This document shows positions 61,803 through 64,000 of a stretch of 64,000 bases of DNA, piece by piece. The notes beneath the pieces are model-generated. The model was not told where the DNA came from, made no database searches, and was given only the letters and a program-made list of their open reading frames with translations. The stretch's first letter is position 1. Each line of letters starts with the position of its first letter. The translations under genes and the position numbers were made by a program. Source of the DNA: a virus (Duplodnaviria > Caudoviricetes); the IMG/VR virus record IMGVR_UViG_3300020577_010873, positions 9,989-73,988 of that record; one strand, 5' to 3'.

Positions 61803-62197
61803 GCGTGCCGTCCGACCAAAGCCACTTCCCAAACCCCGAACCCCTGATCCCAATGACCGAACAGCACATCGACTTCATCTACGCCTTCAACAACATCTCC
61901 GAACGTGTCCACGCCACCGCAAAAGAAAAGGGCTGGTGGGACAACCCGCGCAACGACGGCGAGATCATCGCCCTCATGCACTCCGAACTCTCCGAGGCCC
62001 TCGAAGGTCTCCGCCACGGAAACCCGACCTCCGACCACATCCCACAGTTCTCCGCCGTCGAGGAGGAGTTCGCCGACGTGATCATCCGCATCATGGACCA
62101 CGCTCGCGCCCGCGGATTCCGCGTCGCCGAGGCCACGATCGACAAAATCGCCTTCAACGCCTCCAGACCGCACAAGCACGGCGGAAAGAAGTTCTGA
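61799..62197 (+). CDS. MazG-like nucleotide pyrophosphohydrolase
   Basis: KEKGWW...IALMHSELSEALE...VEEEFADVIIRIMD. Confidence 0.85.
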   Translation: MSVPSDQSHFPNPEPLIPMTEQHIDFIYAFNNISERVHATAKEKGWWDNPRNDGEIIALMHSELSEALEGLRHGNPTSDHIPQFSAVEEEFADVIIRIMDHARARGFRVAEATIDKIAFNASRPHKHGGKKF

Positions 62198-62287
62198 CCA
62201 CGGTCATGCTCCCACAGCCCCACAGACACGCCGCCGGAAAACCCAAACAACTCGGTCTCTGCACGGGAATGTGCGGAATGTGAACTC

Positions 62288-62595
62288 ATGCGCCTCCAAG
62301 CACTCATCGCAACGCTGGAAAAACACGATCCATCCAAAACCGTCCGCGTGGGTTTCTCCAACCCGCACAGCTACGCGGCGACTACTCCGAACTCGCGTTC
62401 GAACCGAAGGAGCACACCACGGTAGGCGCGATGCTCAAAGCCGCACGCTTGGCCCTTGGAGCAACATTCAAAGGCTACAAAGGCGGAGAGTACACGATGT
62501 TCGAGTGGACGCATTGTTGGCTGGCTCAGTACGGATGCTCCGGTGAAACCATCGGGCCAATCCTGCTCGGATTCATGTTGGGGGAGTACCAATGA
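62288..62595 (+). pseudogene. Conserved phage protein with a 1-bp frameshift
   Basis: MRLQALIATLEKHDP...NPHSY shifts frame at ~62374; adding one C gives SYRGDYSELAFEP...GYKGGEYTM...GEYQ*, whose stop is ATGA-coupled to the MTase. Confidence 0.65.
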
Positions 62596-63554
62596 ACCTC
62601 CGCACCCCGCTCCAGGGCGGAAAGGTTTGGCGAACAGGTCGTGCGACGCTGGTGCTTTCGGACTGCTTCAAATGGCTTGAGGGAAGGGACGGTGAGAGCA
62701 TTCACGCAGTTGTGACGGATCCACCCTATGGACTCGTGGAATACAGCGACCGCGAGTTGGCAAAGCTTCGCTCCGGTAAGGGTGGAATCTGGCGAATCCC
62801 ACCAAGTTTTGATGGGCATCAAAGGGCACCGCTGCCTCGATTTACCGTCCTGAAAGCGGAGGAAGTGGTTGCACTTGGCGAGTTCTTTTGCTCTTTGGGG
62901 CGTGCGCTTGTACGCGTTCTTGTCCCTGGAGCACATGTGCTCATAGCTTCGAATCCACTACTTTCCTATGTAGTTGCTGGTGCAATAGTTAGATCCGGAC
63001 TTGAGAGGAGAGGGGAAATCATTCGCTTAACGATGACGATGCGCGGCGGGGATCGCCCAAAGGATGCACATGAGGAGTTTTCTGAGGTTAGCATGATGCC
63101 GAGATCGATGTGGGAGCCGTGGCTCATTTTTCGAAAACCACTCGAAGGCCGAGCACAGGACAACCTCCGGAAATGGGGGACCGGTGGCTTTCGCCGCCCT
63201 TCGACGAACCAACCATTTGGAGACGTCATCGAATCGTCTCCAACGCGAGCGAGCGAGCGAGCGTTAGCTCCGCATCCGAGCCTCAAACCACAAGCATTCT
63301 TGCGTCAGGTGGTCCGAGCGGTTCTGCCTTTGGGCAATGGAATCGTGTTGGACCCGTTTGCTGGCTCCGGATCGACCTTGGCGGCATCCGAAGCGGTTGG
63401 CTACGAGAGCATCGGGGTCGAACGCGACAACCATTATTTCGATCTAGCGTGCGATGGAATTCCAAGGTTAGTGGCGCTCCCTCATGCGTGTGGCAACAAA
63501 CGCGTTCCGAAAGCCCGACTCCAAGAACTCATCGCAATGCCGAGGAGGAAATGA
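62592..63554 (+). CDS. N4/N6 DNA methyltransferase (beta-class)
   Basis: VVTDPPY, HPSLKP, VLDPFAGSGST; visibly lower GC than its neighbours; no cognate endonuclease seen. Confidence 0.9.
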   Translation: MNLRTPLQGGKVWRTGRATLVLSDCFKWLEGRDGESIHAVVTDPPYGLVEYSDRELAKLRSGKGGIWRIPPSFDGHQRAPLPRFTVLKAEEVVALGEFFCSLGRALVRVLVPGAHVLIASNPLLSYVVAGAIVRSGLERRGEIIRLTMTMRGGDRPKDAHEEFSEVSMMPRSMWEPWLIFRKPLEGRAQDNLRKWGTGGFRRPSTNQPFGDVIESSPTRASERALAPHPSLKPQAFLRQVVRAVLPLGNGIVLDPFAGSGSTLAASEAVGYESIGVERDNHYFDLACDGIPRLVALPHACGNKRVPKARLQELIAMPRRK

Positions 63555-63557
63555 CCA

Positions 63558-63914
63558 ATGGGATGCCTCAACTCGTCCGGCCAGTTCTCCCACTGGTTCG
63601 GCAATATCCACCTCAGCGTTGTACGAACTGCTGGATGCCTGGGAGTGGCCATGACTTGAGGGTATTGAGATGGTCGAGTGCCATCATGTGCTGGCCGATG
63701 CAGAAGTAGCAGGAGCGGTTGCAAGGTCCGCTGCCGTATTCGCCCGCTGGCATGAAAATGCTCCTGGCCTTGGACTTGGCCGGATGGGGAGTGGCCTTTG
63801 GTGATAGGGTAGGTGTTGGTGCGAAGACCGAGGACGGCCGCCAGGGATGTGTTGGCGCAGGAAGCTGGTGAGTTCTTCGTGGTGCTCGTAGAGGAGAGGG
63901 TCCGAATTGCTGCC
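63558..63914. pseudogene. Radical-SAM gene broken into pieces on both strands
   Basis: Plus strand MGCLNSSGQFSHWFGNIHLS (63558-63617); minus strand SGPCNRSCYFC (CxxxCxxC, 63700-63723); minus strand GSNSDPLLY...GLRTN (63815-63914). Confidence 0.6.
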
Positions 63915-64000
63915 GCGAACGCTCCATGATTGGAGAGGAAAAATTTGCCCACTGTTGCCATAATGAGTCTCATTTTTCACCGATAAACCGACAACGAGCA

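Larger units (their letters stand above)
1..64000. mobile_element. Temperate tailed bacteriophage genome (podovirus-like); ends and att sites not identified
   Basis: TerL, portal, capsid, tailspike, integrase, RecT/RecE-like, SSB, Rep and DnaB in phage-like modules with many ATGA/TGATG couplings. No housekeeping host genes; the integrase is flanked by phage genes on both sides. Confidence 0.93.

Noticed and set aside
63752-63815. MKMLLALDLAGWGVAFGD, reminiscent of a RuvC-like N-terminus
   Set aside because: Too short and inside the scrambled region; could be chance.
62592-64000. Type II restriction-modification pair
   Set aside because: No endonuclease ORF next to the MTase; the downstream DNA is the broken radical-SAM gene.
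1-64000. Prophage boundaries or terminal repeats
   Set aside because: No host genes, no duplicated tRNA 3' end and no end-to-end repeat noticed; circularity cannot be shown from this window.

Overview
The whole window reads as a GC-rich temperate tailed-phage genome (podovirus-like: P22-type portal and gp10-like hub, ejected internal proteins, no tape-measure or tail-tube gene seen). No host genes or att junctions are visible. From 413 to 39143 is a mostly minus-strand virion and packaging arm: a 3651-aa polyvalent internal protein, hub, tailspike and fibres, adaptor, capsid, terminase and scaffold. A plus-strand portal + glycosyltransferase cassette is inverted inside it. From 39758 to 41424 are a tyrosine integrase and two divergent ribbon-helix-helix genes. 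From 41493 to 63554 is a plus-strand arm with RecT/RecE-like recombination genes, an Rnl5-type RNA ligase, SSB, Rep+HNH, DnaB, two DNA methylases, tRNA-Gly with flanking tRNA-like RNAs and many accessory genes. The last ~450 bp hold a scrambled radical-SAM gene. The host is inferred, not shown, to be Verrucomicrobiota-like (A/C-rich leaders mostly without Shine-Dalgarno sites; Thr-Asn-rich exported proteins). Most striking: (1) a DNA polymerase III beta-clamp-like domain with its peptide-pocket motifs inside the giant internal protein; (2) Sec-type signal peptides on the tailspike, fibre and neighbouring virion-module proteins; (3) a purple-acid-phosphatase domain fused into the putative head-tail adaptor; (4) two anticodon-less tRNA-shaped RNAs bracketing tRNA-Gly. 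All family assignments come from reading motifs by eye; no HMM, BLAST, structure prediction or RNA-folding program was run, and I cannot establish novelty without database searches.
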